A stretch of 32,000 nt of DNA from Candidatus Odinarchaeota archaeon (lineage in GTDB: Archaea; Asgardarchaeota; Odinarchaeia; Odinarchaeales; Odinarchaeaceae): the NCBI GenBank assembly GCA_016839265.1, contig JAEOUO010000002.1, positions 1 through 32,000 on the forward strand, written 5' to 3'. Made by a program: the position numbers and the translations under genes. Shown piece by piece: positions 1 to 9,591 of the stretch; the first letter of the stretch is position 1; the number at the start of each line of letters is the position of its first letter. The notes beneath the pieces were generated by a model. It searched no databases. It saw only the letters and a list, made by a program, of their open reading frames with translations, and was not told the DNA's origin.

Positions 1-5
1 ATATG

Positions 6-620
6 CTAATTACCTATAGGTTTACATAAAACACCTACCTGGAAGGGTGTTTTAACAGTTTTTAAAACTCTAAGCCCATTTCGTTTACATAAAGTTTTAA
101 GCTCGTCTCCTAAAATAGCCTTCTCATCTCCGTAATACCATACACTTAATCTCTCCTGTATAAACCTCCACATTTTATAGGTTTTAGAGGGTGTTGGAGC
201 GAAAATAATAGCGTAGCCTTCAGGTTTACAAAGTAAACCATGTAGTTTAATAAGTTTATTCAACTGTTTCTCACTAAAATGTTCGATTAACCCTTCACTA
301 TGAACTAAATCATAGCCCCCCTCTAATTTAAGTGAAAACAAGTCTCCCATAATAAATTTAACATTAATATTCTGATTGTAAAAGGTTTGTTTAGCTTTAA
401 TTATAGCAGTTTTCGAGTTATCTACTAAAGTAACAGTTCCTTTAAATAATTTAGCTAACGCTAGTGAAGTTCGACCGCTACCACACCCTAATTCTATTAT
501 TCTAGGTGATTCCAAGTCTAAGTTTTTAAGCAGTTTTTTATAACCCCTCCAGAGTATAGACCACCATAAAGGAACATTAGACCATGTTCTACTCCATTGA
601 GTCTCCCAGTCTTCGGACAC
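6..620 (-). CDS. Class I SAM-dependent methyltransferase
   Basis: Motif I IIELGCGSG, acidic motif II (TLVDNS), GDLF and YDLVHSEGLIEH. GTG start preceded by GGTGG. Confidence 0.85.
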   Translation of the reverse strand: MSEDWETQWSRTWSNVPLWWSILWRGYKKLLKNLDLESPRIIELGCGSGRTSLALAKLFKGTVTLVDNSKTAIIKAKQTFYNQNINVKFIMGDLFSLKLEGGYDLVHSEGLIEHFSEKQLNKLIKLHGLLCKPEGYAIIFAPTPSKTYKMWRFIQERLSVWYYGDEKAILGDELKTLCKRNGLRVLKTVKTPFQVGVLCKPIGN

Positions 621-734
621 AAAACCACCATTAAAATAAACTTCATAATTGAAAGCATAAGTATATTAAAATTTCTGTAAATATATATTAAAAGTACGAG
701 TCATAATAAAAACTTTGTTAAAAAAGTGATCTTC

Positions 735-1253
735 ATGGAAGGCAGATTCGTATTTAAGATAATTATAGTAGGAGATGCGGCTGTAGGGAAAACCAGCCTA
801 GTAAGAGGTTTCATAAAAGAGAGGTTTAGATCAGATTATCTACCAACGTTAGGTGTTGACATATACTATAAACAACTAACCGTAAACTCTACGCCTGTAG
901 ACTTATCTATATGGGATATAGCCGGTCAGAAAGGCTGGGAAATTATGCACAAAAATTATTTCAAAGGATCTGACGGCTGCATAGCTGTTTTCGATTTAAC
1001 TAGAAATAAAACATTAGCGAATCTTAACTCTTGGATTCTAAAAGTTAAAGAATACACTAAACCAGATATCCCTTGCATAATATTAGGTAATAAAAGTGAT
1101 CTAAAAATAGCGATTGAAGTAAAATCTTCTAATATCGAGAAAATCACTAAAGAAACAGGTTACTTATACTTTGAAACAAGCGCTAAAACCGGTTTAAACG
1201 TTGAGGAAGCGTTTACAACTCTTGTTAACTTAATACTTGCTAAAATAAAATAG
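735..1253 (+). CDS. Rab-like small GTPase (Ras superfamily)
   Basis: G1 GDAAVGKT, G2 YLPTLG, G3 WDIAGQ, G4 NKSD, G5 ETSAK. RabF-like segments LGVDI, YFKGS, AVFDLT. ATG at 735 preferred over GTG 726. No C-terminal Cys. Confidence 0.92.
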   Translation: MEGRFVFKIIIVGDAAVGKTSLVRGFIKERFRSDYLPTLGVDIYYKQLTVNSTPVDLSIWDIAGQKGWEIMHKNYFKGSDGCIAVFDLTRNKTLANLNSWILKVKEYTKPDIPCIILGNKSDLKIAIEVKSSNIEKITKETGYLYFETSAKTGLNVEEAFTTLVNLILAKIK

Positions 1254-1425
1254 GTTTAAAATTCAACTCCGATTCTTCAATGCAATTTTAGGATGATAAA
1301 AATTATTTGAAAATGTTAAGTTAAATCTGTCAACTTCACATAATATCGTAAAATTAACTTTTTAGATAAAGATCTTGTTAAAGTTTCATTAACGAATTTT
1401 GAACATATCTAACTTTACTTCGCTT

Positions 1426-2934
1426 TTAATTAGATTTATATATTTTTGTAGTGCGGTTAGCAATATCTGTTACAGAACATACTAACATATATTTTCCTTC
1501 AATTACTTCAAAAGGATGGTAACCCCACCACTCAGATACTATGATATAATCTAACTTAGTCTCGTTGAGTAATGTAAAAAGAGTTGATTCGTTTTTTGGA
1601 AAAGAATAATATTCTTTGAATTTAAACTCAGTCCAAATGTTTACTTGATATATGAAGGGCGTTAGTATAGAACTCTCATTATCCTGTTTAAGATCTTTTA
1701 CAATTAGAGAAGCCATCCTTAAACTATCATATTCATATATTGTTAAATTTACATATCTATTATAGAAATTAAGCTCTGAGATTGAGTAATATACTGGTAG
1801 GGAAATTATTGTTGTGGATAGTAATATAATTAAAACAACAGTTCTTAACTCTCTTTTATTCTTTATAATTGAGCTCATATTATTCTTTATTTTTTGTATT
1901 TTAGAATTTACTACAATAATTGAATCCGCGATTAAAACGCTAAACAATACGATTATACCAAAGTATGCTGGTAGCAAATACCGCCAGCCAATGTTTAGAG
2001 CAACCTTAGCGGGATTAACATAAAGTAATATTAAATAAAATAACATGCTATAAAAGAATAAGCTTATTTCAAAAAACTCTATGCGTTTATTACGCCAAAC
2101 TTTTAATAATATAAAAATAAATACGATGCATGTTACTATAGTAAGATATTTCTCATATGACCAGTTACCTAAGCTAATTAATAAGTAAAAATTAGTTATT
2201 ATAATACTACCTAAATTAATTATAAACTGCTCAGCATTTTCTATCGATAACAAATTAAAATACCTTCTCATTTCCAAATACTTTGTTATTAAAAACCCTG
2301 TAGCTCCTATTACTACAATTAATAGAATTAAGCTAAGCAAACGTTTTTTGTAATTTTTAATAAAACCGATATTAGTTAGGATTAAAATCGGGACAGCGTA
2401 AAAGGCAGTCTCCTTTGTAAATAAACATATTAAAGCAGTTAAAATTGAAGGGAGAATATATCTTTTATCATAGTGTGTTTTATATAAAAAATAGTATAAA
2501 ACCACCAACCAAAATGCGATTGGTAAATCTATTAAATTACTTTGACTTGCAAGGATAAAAAAACTGCTTAAAGTTATGGAAATGCTACTTAACAATGATT
2601 TCAATATGCTACGGGTTATATCTAAGACCATTAAATATGTGACTATGGTTAGTGAAACCCCGTATAAGTAATTTACCCAAATGAAAATATCTAATGAAAA
2701 ACCAAATAGATAGTAAACTAGGAAGTAGGTTAGTAATGGTACGGCTCTACAGATAAGAATAGGATTAGATGCGATGTTTGCAATATTTTTCGAATTAACT
2801 AAATAATAAGCTTCATCAGGATAAAGGTTCCCTGTAGATCTTAAAGGATTATAAATTATGCGCACTATAAGAGAAACTAGTATTAAGCTGATAATAATTA
2901 GACTATGTGTAGTTAAAGTTTTATTCAAAAACAC
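1426..2934 (-). CDS. Multi-pass membrane GT-C glycosyltransferase (ArnT/PMT-like, polyprenyl-phosphate-sugar donor)
   Basis: Many hydrophobic helices, DE motif after TM1 (YPDEAYY), IDLPIAFW, FTKET, RYLLP, and a soluble C-terminal domain. Confidence 0.7.
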   Translation of the reverse strand: MFLNKTLTTHSLIIISLILVSLIVRIIYNPLRSTGNLYPDEAYYLVNSKNIANIASNPILICRAVPLLTYFLVYYLFGFSLDIFIWVNYLYGVSLTIVTYLMVLDITRSILKSLLSSISITLSSFFILASQSNLIDLPIAFWLVVLYYFLYKTHYDKRYILPSILTALICLFTKETAFYAVPILILTNIGFIKNYKKRLLSLILLIVVIGATGFLITKYLEMRRYFNLLSIENAEQFIINLGSIIITNFYLLISLGNWSYEKYLTIVTCIVFIFILLKVWRNKRIEFFEISLFFYSMLFYLILLYVNPAKVALNIGWRYLLPAYFGIIVLFSVLIADSIIVVNSKIQKIKNNMSSIIKNKRELRTVVLIILLSTTIISLPVYYSISELNFYNRYVNLTIYEYDSLRMASLIVKDLKQDNESSILTPFIYQVNIWTEFKFKEYYSFPKNESTLFTLLNETKLDYIIVSEWWGYHPFEVIEGKYMLVCSVTDIANRTTKIYKSN

Positions 2935-3169
2935 CCCTTCTATTACCTTTAGTAATTGCTTATATACAAAATTTTTATTATTATCTTTTGAATAGCTGTG
3001 TATTTATTATTATGCAAAAATTTAAAAATAGTATTGGCTTAATTCTTAACGTTCACAGAATATAAATTGGGAGGATAGTGTTAGAAACAGTAGTTTAGGC
3101 TTTTAAGCCTTAAAACATTTTTAAATATGTGGCAAGTTTAATTATTTAATTTTAACATGGTGGATTAAT

Positions 3170-5386
3170 ATGGTGAAAATTAAGAACGCTGATGAGATAA
3201 GGAATCTTATTCAAAACTGTCCATATGAGCAGAGGAGAATATTCTCTATTACCGCTCATATAGACCACGGTAAAACAACTATGACTGATTATCTTCTAAG
3301 GCGCGCTGGATTGATGAGTGATGATGCAGCGGGTATGGTTCTTATGACTGATAGTGACCCTGAAGAGCAGCTTAGAAACATAACTATCTTTACAAGTGTA
3401 GCTCAATTAAGTTATGAGTATAAAGGTAAAGAATATCTGTTTCAAATAAATGATACACCAGGTCACATAAGCTTTACCGGGGAGGTTTCTAGGGCTTTAA
3501 GAGGTTCAGATGGTGCTGTTATTCTAGTGGATGCTCTTGAAGGGGTTATGACGCAGACTGAAACAAATATAAGGTTAGCGGTAGGCGCTGAATTATGTAA
3601 ACCTGTTTTATTCATAAATAAAGTTGATAGATTGATTAGTGAGTTAAGATTAGAACCTAAGAAAGTTTCTCAAAAAATCGATCAAATAATCAATAAAGTT
3701 AACGATCTTATACTTAAAATCGCTCCCCCAGATTTAGCGAAGAGTTGGATGGTAAGATTTGATAATAATAGTGTAGCATTCGGCTCAGCGAAACACGGGT
3801 GGGCTGTCACCTATGATATTATAAAAGAAAAGAATATCCCGCCTCTTATATTCTTTGAGAAATATAAGCAAGGTGAGGAAGGTATTAAATGGATGCGTCA
3901 AAATCTCCCTCTCGATGAGGCTATTCTCAGAATGGTTATACAGCATTTACCGGATCCGAAAACAGCTCAAAAATACAGGATGCGCCGAATTTGGTCGGGG
4001 GATGTAAACTCTGAGATAGGTGTGAGAATCGCTGAATGCGATCCTGATGGTCCTCTTCTAGGGATGTTCACAAAAATATTCATAGACCCTAAGTCTAAGC
4101 GGCCTACCTTAATAGGTAGAGTATTCTCCGGGACTCTTAAAACAGGTGATCTGATATATTTAGTTAACCAGAAAAAAGAGGAGAGAGTTAAAAGACTAGG
4201 CGTAATGGAGATCACTGATATATTAGACTGCGAGAGTATACCTGCAGGTAACTTATTCGCTGTATTCGGTTTTATGACTCCTGCTGGTGAAACATTCATT
4301 CAACCCGGTTCGAATATACCCCCGTTCGAGGAAATAACTTATGTAGCTGAACCTGTAGTTAGTAAAAGTATAAAACCGATTGACCCTCAGGATTTAGCCA
4401 GGCTCGGTGAAGTGGTATCTAAATGGATTATGGCTGATCCGACAGCCGAGTTTAAATTTAACCAAGAGAGCGGTGAATATATTCTCAGCGGCATTGATCC
4501 TCTTCAAATTGAAATACTAACCAAAAGAATAAACGATCAAGTTCCGATAAATGTAAGTCCACCTGTGATAGTATACAGGGAGAAAGCGTCAAAACAAGGG
4601 GTTGAGATTCATACAAAATCTCCGAACGGACATAACCGTATAAAACTTTATGTTGAACCGTTAGATGAAACCACAGTAGAGCTTATAAAGAAAGGCGAGA
4701 TCTCAATCGAGCAGGATGCTAAAGTGAGAGGTGACATTCTTAGAGAAAAAGCTAACTGGGATGCGAAACTAGTCAGAAAAATATGGGATATTTACGGAAC
4801 CAATGTTTTCATAGATAATACTAGTGGTGTTCAGAGACTTGAAAGAATAAAATCTTATATTATGTCGATTTTTAGAGATTTTATAAACGGAGGGACACTC
4901 GCTAAAGAGCCTGTGATGAATCTTAAAGTAGTTATGACTGATGCGACGGTTCACGTTGATCCAGCGCATACAGGTTACCATGAAATAGCAGGAATGGTTT
5001 CTTCAGCACTTAATATCAGTTTTCTAACAGGGGAGCCTAAACTTTACGAGCCTATTCTTAAAGTTAACATTAAGACACCTTTAGGAACTGAAGGTGAAAT
5101 TATTAAAGTGGTTAACAAGCATAGAGGCCAAGTCACTAATATGGAGACAGAAGAAGATACAACTGTTATAACAGCTTCAATTCCTACAGCTGAAACGCTT
5201 GGAATCGCTGACGAGTTTAGAAGTGCAACCGCGGGTAAAGCATTCTTCGGCTACGAGTTTATCGGTTTCCAGCCTCTACCTGAAAATCTTCAAATACCTA
5301 AGATTCTTGAAATTAGAAAGAGGAAAGGTATTTCAGAAGAGCTTCCTACAGTGAAATTATGGGAGAGATTTATCTACAAAACATAA
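3170..5386 (+). CDS. fusA: Archaeal elongation factor 2 homolog, probably the EF-2 paralog outside the rps12-rps7 operon
   Basis: AHIDHGKTT, DTPGH, NKVD, domain III EPVV, domain IV loop HVDPAHTG, domain V EPILKV, C-terminal RKRKG. No ribosomal protein genes adjacent. Confidence 0.93.
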   Translation: MVKIKNADEIRNLIQNCPYEQRRIFSITAHIDHGKTTMTDYLLRRAGLMSDDAAGMVLMTDSDPEEQLRNITIFTSVAQLSYEYKGKEYLFQINDTPGHISFTGEVSRALRGSDGAVILVDALEGVMTQTETNIRLAVGAELCKPVLFINKVDRLISELRLEPKKVSQKIDQIINKVNDLILKIAPPDLAKSWMVRFDNNSVAFGSAKHGWAVTYDIIKEKNIPPLIFFEKYKQGEEGIKWMRQNLPLDEAILRMVIQHLPDPKTAQKYRMRRIWSGDVNSEIGVRIAECDPDGPLLGMFTKIFIDPKSKRPTLIGRVFSGTLKTGDLIYLVNQKKEERVKRLGVMEITDILDCESIPAGNLFAVFGFMTPAGETFIQPGSNIPPFEEITYVAEPVVSKSIKPIDPQDLARLGEVVSKWIMADPTAEFKFNQESGEYILSGIDPLQIEILTKRINDQVPINVSPPVIVYREKASKQGVEIHTKSPNGHNRIKLYVEPLDETTVELIKKGEISIEQDAKVRGDILREKANWDAKLVRKIWDIYGTNVFIDNTSGVQRLERIKSYIMSIFRDFINGGTLAKEPVMNLKVVMTDATVHVDPAHTGYHEIAGMVSSALNISFLTGEPKLYEPILKVNIKTPLGTEGEIIKVVNKHRGQVTNMETEEDTTVITASIPTAETLGIADEFRSATAGKAFFGYEFIGFQPLPENLQIPKILEIRKRKGISEELPTVKLWERFIYKT

Positions 5387-5392
5387 TCTCCC

Positions 5393-5399
5393 TTTTTTT
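5393..5399 (+). terminator. Possible oligo-T archaeal terminator after EF-2
   Basis: T7 run 6 nt after the stop codon. Confidence 0.35.
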
Positions 5400-5413
5400 A
5401 GGGGCTGATTTTT

Positions 5414-5833
5414 ACGGTTAAAAATGAGGTTGTAGCAGCTTTATCCGGCGGCTTAATAGGATTCGGGGATCCGCTTATAAAAATTAGTATGGAGGCGGCT
5501 GGCCTTAATAATTTTTTATTTTATGATATTATAAGCTGGGGTTCACTGCTTTTAAACTGGCATTTCCTTTTAGGGATGAGCTTAGCGCTTTTAGGTAGTA
5601 TAATCTACGTTGTAGCGTTATCTAAGGGTAAGGCTTCTATAATTAACCCTCTCTCAGGCGGCGCTTCGTATATAACAATAGTTATATTATCATATATTTT
5701 GCTAGGTGAAAGTATCACGATACCTAAAACTATCGGCATATTCATTATTATATTAGGAATATACTTGTTAAGTCACTTCTCAAATAATAAACCAACGAAT
5801 ATAGTAAATAATACTAGTGGTGAAAACGTCTGA
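5414..5833 (+). CDS. Half-size EamA/DMT transporter subunit 1 (start uncertain; ORF track starts at 5489)
   Basis: EamA pattern (ALSKGKASIINPL...LGESITIPKTIGIFIIILGIYLL). The first TM helix (EVVAALSGGLIGFGDPLIK) lies in frame upstream of ATG 5489. Frame is open from 5402. Confidence 0.75.
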   Translation, partial: TVKNEVVAALSGGLIGFGDPLIKISMEAAGLNNFLFYDIISWGSLLLNWHFLLGMSLALLGSIIYVVALSKGKASIINPLSGGASYITIVILSYILLGESITIPKTIGIFIIILGIYLLSHFSNNKPTNIVNNTSGENV

Positions 5834-6231
5834 TGCTTCAAATACCTTTAGAAAACTTGCTGATCAGTATCATCTTTGTTATATTAGCGTCAGCTATATT
5901 CGGTGCGGCTACGCTTTTATTTAAGAAAGCCACAATGGCTGTTGGTGAAATAAAAGTTCATGAGTTTAAAAAAGATTTTAAAGGAAAGGTTAGCAAACTG
6001 CTCAATAAATATATGGCTATAGCTATAATTCTTCAACTTGTAGCGTGGTTAATATTTTTAATGGCTATCTCTCGTTACCAGGTTAGTATAATTGTCCCAG
6101 TATTATCTACTACGTATATTTTCACAGCGTTTTATTGTAATCGTTTTCTTAAAGAAAAATTAAGCTGGAGGGAGATGCTAGGTATTTTAATAATCATTCT
6201 AGGCGTTATTATTTTAACATATCCCTTTTAG
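5833..6231 (+). CDS. Half-size EamA/DMT transporter subunit 2
   Basis: AISRYQVSIIVPV...FLKEKLSWREMLGILIIILGVII. Coupled to the upstream gene through a TGATG overlap. Confidence 0.85.
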   Translation: MLQIPLENLLISIIFVILASAIFGAATLLFKKATMAVGEIKVHEFKKDFKGKVSKLLNKYMAIAIILQLVAWLIFLMAISRYQVSIIVPVLSTTYIFTAFYCNRFLKEKLSWREMLGILIIILGVIILTYPF

Positions 6232-6394
6232 TTTTTTATTGAAAAATTTTAATATTTTAGTTTGTGAAGATATACGCTTATACTATGATATTTTAACTGA
6301 TGAAACCCTAGATTCTACAATATTAATATAAACTATATATGAAAACTTATAAAGAGATGAAAGTTAACGCATTTAATATAAACGATGATTTAAA

Positions 6395-8509
6395 ATGTCT
6401 AATTCGAATACTCTTATGACATCTTTGTTTAACCCTAAATCTGTCTGTGTAATAGGGGCTTCCACTAAACCTGGTAAACTCGGTTATAATATCTTAGAGA
6501 ATATAGTGAAATACGGTTACCCAGGGCGCGTGTATCCTGTTAACCCTCATTATCAAAATATTCTCGGCTTAAAAGTTTATTCAAGTGTAAGTGAAATAGA
6601 TGATGAAATAGATTTAGCGGTTATTGTGATACCTGCGGAAGCGGTTGTTAAAGTAGCTGAAGAATGCGGTGTTAAACAGGTTAAAAACATTGTAGTTATA
6701 TCAGCCGGGTTTAAAGAGACGGGGAAAGAAGGGGCTGAAAGAGAGAAAGCTCTTAAAGATATATGTGAAAAGTATAAGATGAAGCTGCTCGGACCGAACT
6801 GTCTAGGCGTTATAGATACCTTCACACCTTTAAACGCTTCTTTCGCAGCGCAGATGCCTTTAAAAGGTAATATAGCGTTTATCTCTCAGTCCGGTGCTCT
6901 GGGAACAGCGATACTTGACTGGTCTTTTAAGAATAGAATAGGCTTCAGTAAAGTGATAAGTTTAGGTAATAAAGCAGATCTATCTGAATCGGATTTCATT
7001 GCAGCGTTAGCAGAAGACGTTAACACTAAGGTAATCCTTCTTTATATTGAAGATGTTAAAGACGGTGATAAATTTATTGAAAACCTAAGAAAAACTGTTA
7101 GAATAAAACCGGTGCTAGTTTTAAAATCAGGTTCATCCGCAGCTGGGCAAAGAGCAGCAGCCTCTCATACCGGATCTCTTGCAGGTAGTAAAATAGCTTA
7201 TGAAACCATGTTTAAACAATTCGGTGCTTTACAAGTGGAAACTATATCTGATTTATTTAATTACGCGAAGGTTTTTTCAACTCAACCTCTGCCGAAGGAT
7301 AACGCTGTATGTATTTTAACTAACGCCGGCGGGCCCGGTATTATAGCTACAGATGCCTGTGAACGGTATGGTTTAAAACTAGCTTCACTTAACTCTGAAA
7401 CTTTGAATAATCTTAGAAAACAGCTACCCTCAAACGCTTCTATTTATAATCCTGTGGATATCCTAGGTGATGCTCAACCTGAACGTTATTATACAGCTTT
7501 GGAAGCACTTAAAAATGATGATAATATAAGTTCTATAATAATTATTTTAACACCTCAAGCTACAACTAAGCCTACTGAAACTGTTTTAAAGTTAATTAAA
7601 CTCGTTGATAAACTTGATAAACCGGTAACTTTTTCTATAATGGGCGGAGAGCAAGTTACTGAAGCTAAGAAAATTTTATCCGAGAATAATATTCCCGTTT
7701 TCAGTTTTCCAGAAGATGCGGTTGAGAGTATAGCCGCTTTAACCCGTTACACGTTTATTCGCGAAAAGAAGCTGTCGCATAGAAAATTTAGAATTTCAGC
7801 GAATAAAGAAGCTGTCCGTGAAATAATTAAGAAAGTTTTAAATGAGGGCCGTCGAACTCTTTTATCAAGTGAAGCGTGTAAAATACTAGGTTTTTACGGG
7901 GTTAAAACACCTAAAGTTTATTTAGCTTCAAATAGTGATGAAGCCTGTTCTGCTGCCACTGAAATAGGTTACCCTGTTACTTTGAAAATCGCCTCACCTG
8001 ATATAATTCATAAATCTGATGTAGGGGGCGTAGCTTTAAATGTGAAAAACGAAGAGGATGTGAGGAAAATCTTCATAGGAATGGTGGCCAATGCGCACAA
8101 GTTTTTCCCGAATGCTAGAATATACGGGGTTGAAGTATACGAGTATGTTGAAAAAAGCCGAGAGGTTATAATCGGAGTTAATAAGGATCTTCAATTCGGT
8201 CACCTTTTAATGTTCGGGCTTGGTGGAGTATACGTTAATTTTCTCAGAGATGTAGCTTTCAGAATAGTGCCGGTTAATACTCAGGATATTGATGAAATGA
8301 TAAAAGAAACAAGAGTGTATACTCTACTTAAAGGAGTCCGCGGGGAGAAGCCTGCTGACATCGACTCTGTTATTAAAACTATTATTGCTGCATCTCAACT
8401 AGTGCAGGATTTCCCGGTTATATCCGAGTTAGATGTTAACCCGTTATTTGTTTATAATAAGGGTGAAGGCTGCATGGCTGTTGATGTTAAAATGTCTTTA
8501 TATATTTGA
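6395..8509 (+). CDS. acdAB: ADP-forming acetate/acyl-CoA ligase, fused alpha+beta
   Basis: CoA-binding N-terminus (VIGAS..PGKLG, GPNCLG, SQSG), phospho-His motif ASHTGSLAG, NPVD, ATP-grasp C-terminus (HKSDVGGV, FGLGG, ELDVNP). No GNAT domain. Confidence 0.93.
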   Translation: MSNSNTLMTSLFNPKSVCVIGASTKPGKLGYNILENIVKYGYPGRVYPVNPHYQNILGLKVYSSVSEIDDEIDLAVIVIPAEAVVKVAEECGVKQVKNIVVISAGFKETGKEGAEREKALKDICEKYKMKLLGPNCLGVIDTFTPLNASFAAQMPLKGNIAFISQSGALGTAILDWSFKNRIGFSKVISLGNKADLSESDFIAALAEDVNTKVILLYIEDVKDGDKFIENLRKTVRIKPVLVLKSGSSAAGQRAAASHTGSLAGSKIAYETMFKQFGALQVETISDLFNYAKVFSTQPLPKDNAVCILTNAGGPGIIATDACERYGLKLASLNSETLNNLRKQLPSNASIYNPVDILGDAQPERYYTALEALKNDDNISSIIIILTPQATTKPTETVLKLIKLVDKLDKPVTFSIMGGEQVTEAKKILSENNIPVFSFPEDAVESIAALTRYTFIREKKLSHRKFRISANKEAVREIIKKVLNEGRRTLLSSEACKILGFYGVKTPKVYLASNSDEACSAATEIGYPVTLKIASPDIIHKSDVGGVALNVKNEEDVRKIFIGMVANAHKFFPNARIYGVEVYEYVEKSREVIIGVNKDLQFGHLLMFGLGGVYVNFLRDVAFRIVPVNTQDIDEMIKETRVYTLLKGVRGEKPADIDSVIKTIIAASQLVQDFPVISELDVNPLFVYNKGEGCMAVDVKMSLYI

Positions 8510-8529
8510 AAAAAATTATAGGTGATAAT

Positions 8530-9591
8530 ATGAAATCTTTATTTGTTGTTTCATGGGAAGGGTTTTCAGGGAAAACCGCATTTATACTAGGTTTATCACA
8601 GGTTTTAATAGAGAACGGATTTAAAGTAGGTTATTTCCGTCCTATCGGGCGGCCTCAAACATCTGTAACAGAAGGGACAATAGATCCGGATGTTCTTTTA
8701 ATGAAAGAGGTTTTAAAACTACCTTTCACTTTAAGCGAATTAACCCCTATTTTAATAGAGCCTAACTATTTAAGTGTCTACGCTAAACGGGATGTTGAAA
8801 AATTAAAAAACATGATCCTAACTCAATACGGTAAACTGTCACAGAGCTCTGATATAATGATAGTTGAAGGCGGTGTTTCCCCTGAAACCATGACTGCTTT
8901 TAAATTAAATAATATAAATATCGCTGAACTCTTAAATTCAAAGGTTTTAGCTATTTCCGGTGGTGTAAGCGACAGCTCTATAGAGAAAATATTATTCTAT
9001 AAAAATATTCTAGATATGAAAGATATTCCACTAGTTGGAGCTGTTTTAAACCAGGTTCCACCGCATATGATGGAGAAAGCTGAATACGAGTACTCTGAGC
9101 TTCTTAATAAAAACGGGGTTAAAGTTTGGGGGGTAATACCTAGAAATTATGAGATTTCTTCACCGACAGTTAGAGAGCTTTTAGAATTATTAGAAGGGGA
9201 GATTCTCGTAGAAGGTGACATAAACCGTGTTATCGAAAAAATATTCATAGGAGCTATGCAAACAGAGTCTTCTTTAAAATATTTTAGAAGAAGCGGTAAT
9301 AACGCTATTATCACAGGTGGGGATCGAGCTGACATAATCTCTGCGGCTGTGGAGACTAACGCTTCCGTTATAGTTTTAACAGGTAATATGAAACCTTCAG
9401 AGCAGGTATTAGTTAAAGCTGAGGAGAAAAATATCACGGTGGTAATGGTACCTCAGGACACTTACTCAACTGTTAAAATTCTTGAAGGTCTCACTGGAAA
9501 GATTAAGCCGTCTGACACTTATAGGATAAGTTTAACAAAGAAAATGGTTTACGATCACATTCCTTGGCGTGAATTATGCGACTCTATTTAG
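8530..9591 (+). CDS. Phosphotransacetylase-N-terminal-like protein (BioD-like P-loop plus DRTGG domain)
   Basis: SGKT, GYFRPIG, IVEG, ITGGDRAD, VLTG. No PTA catalytic C-terminal domain. ATG 8530 follows GGTGAT (ORF track 8506). Confidence 0.85.
   Translation: MKSLFVVSWEGFSGKTAFILGLSQVLIENGFKVGYFRPIGRPQTSVTEGTIDPDVLLMKEVLKLPFTLSELTPILIEPNYLSVYAKRDVEKLKNMILTQYGKLSQSSDIMIVEGGVSPETMTAFKLNNINIAELLNSKVLAISGGVSDSSIEKILFYKNILDMKDIPLVGAVLNQVPPHMMEKAEYEYSELLNKNGVKVWGVIPRNYEISSPTVRELLELLEGEILVEGDINRVIEKIFIGAMQTESSLKYFRRSGNNAIITGGDRADIISAAVETNASVIVLTGNMKPSEQVLVKAEEKNITVVMVPQDTYSTVKILEGLTGKIKPSDTYRISLTKKMVYDHIPWRELCDSI

Noticed and set aside
1426-2934. Visibly AT-rich gene as a horizontally acquired island
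   Set aside because: Ile/Leu/Phe/Tyr-rich membrane proteins are AT-rich by composition; no mobility genes nearby, and GC content was not computed.
3097-3110. Palindrome AGGCTT-TT-AAGCCT upstream of EF-2
   Set aside because: Single short instance with no second copy seen in the window; compatible with chance.
6395-8509. Protein lysine acetyltransferase (Pat/YfiQ)
   Set aside because: No GNAT domain, and the catalytic phospho-His motif of ACD is intact.
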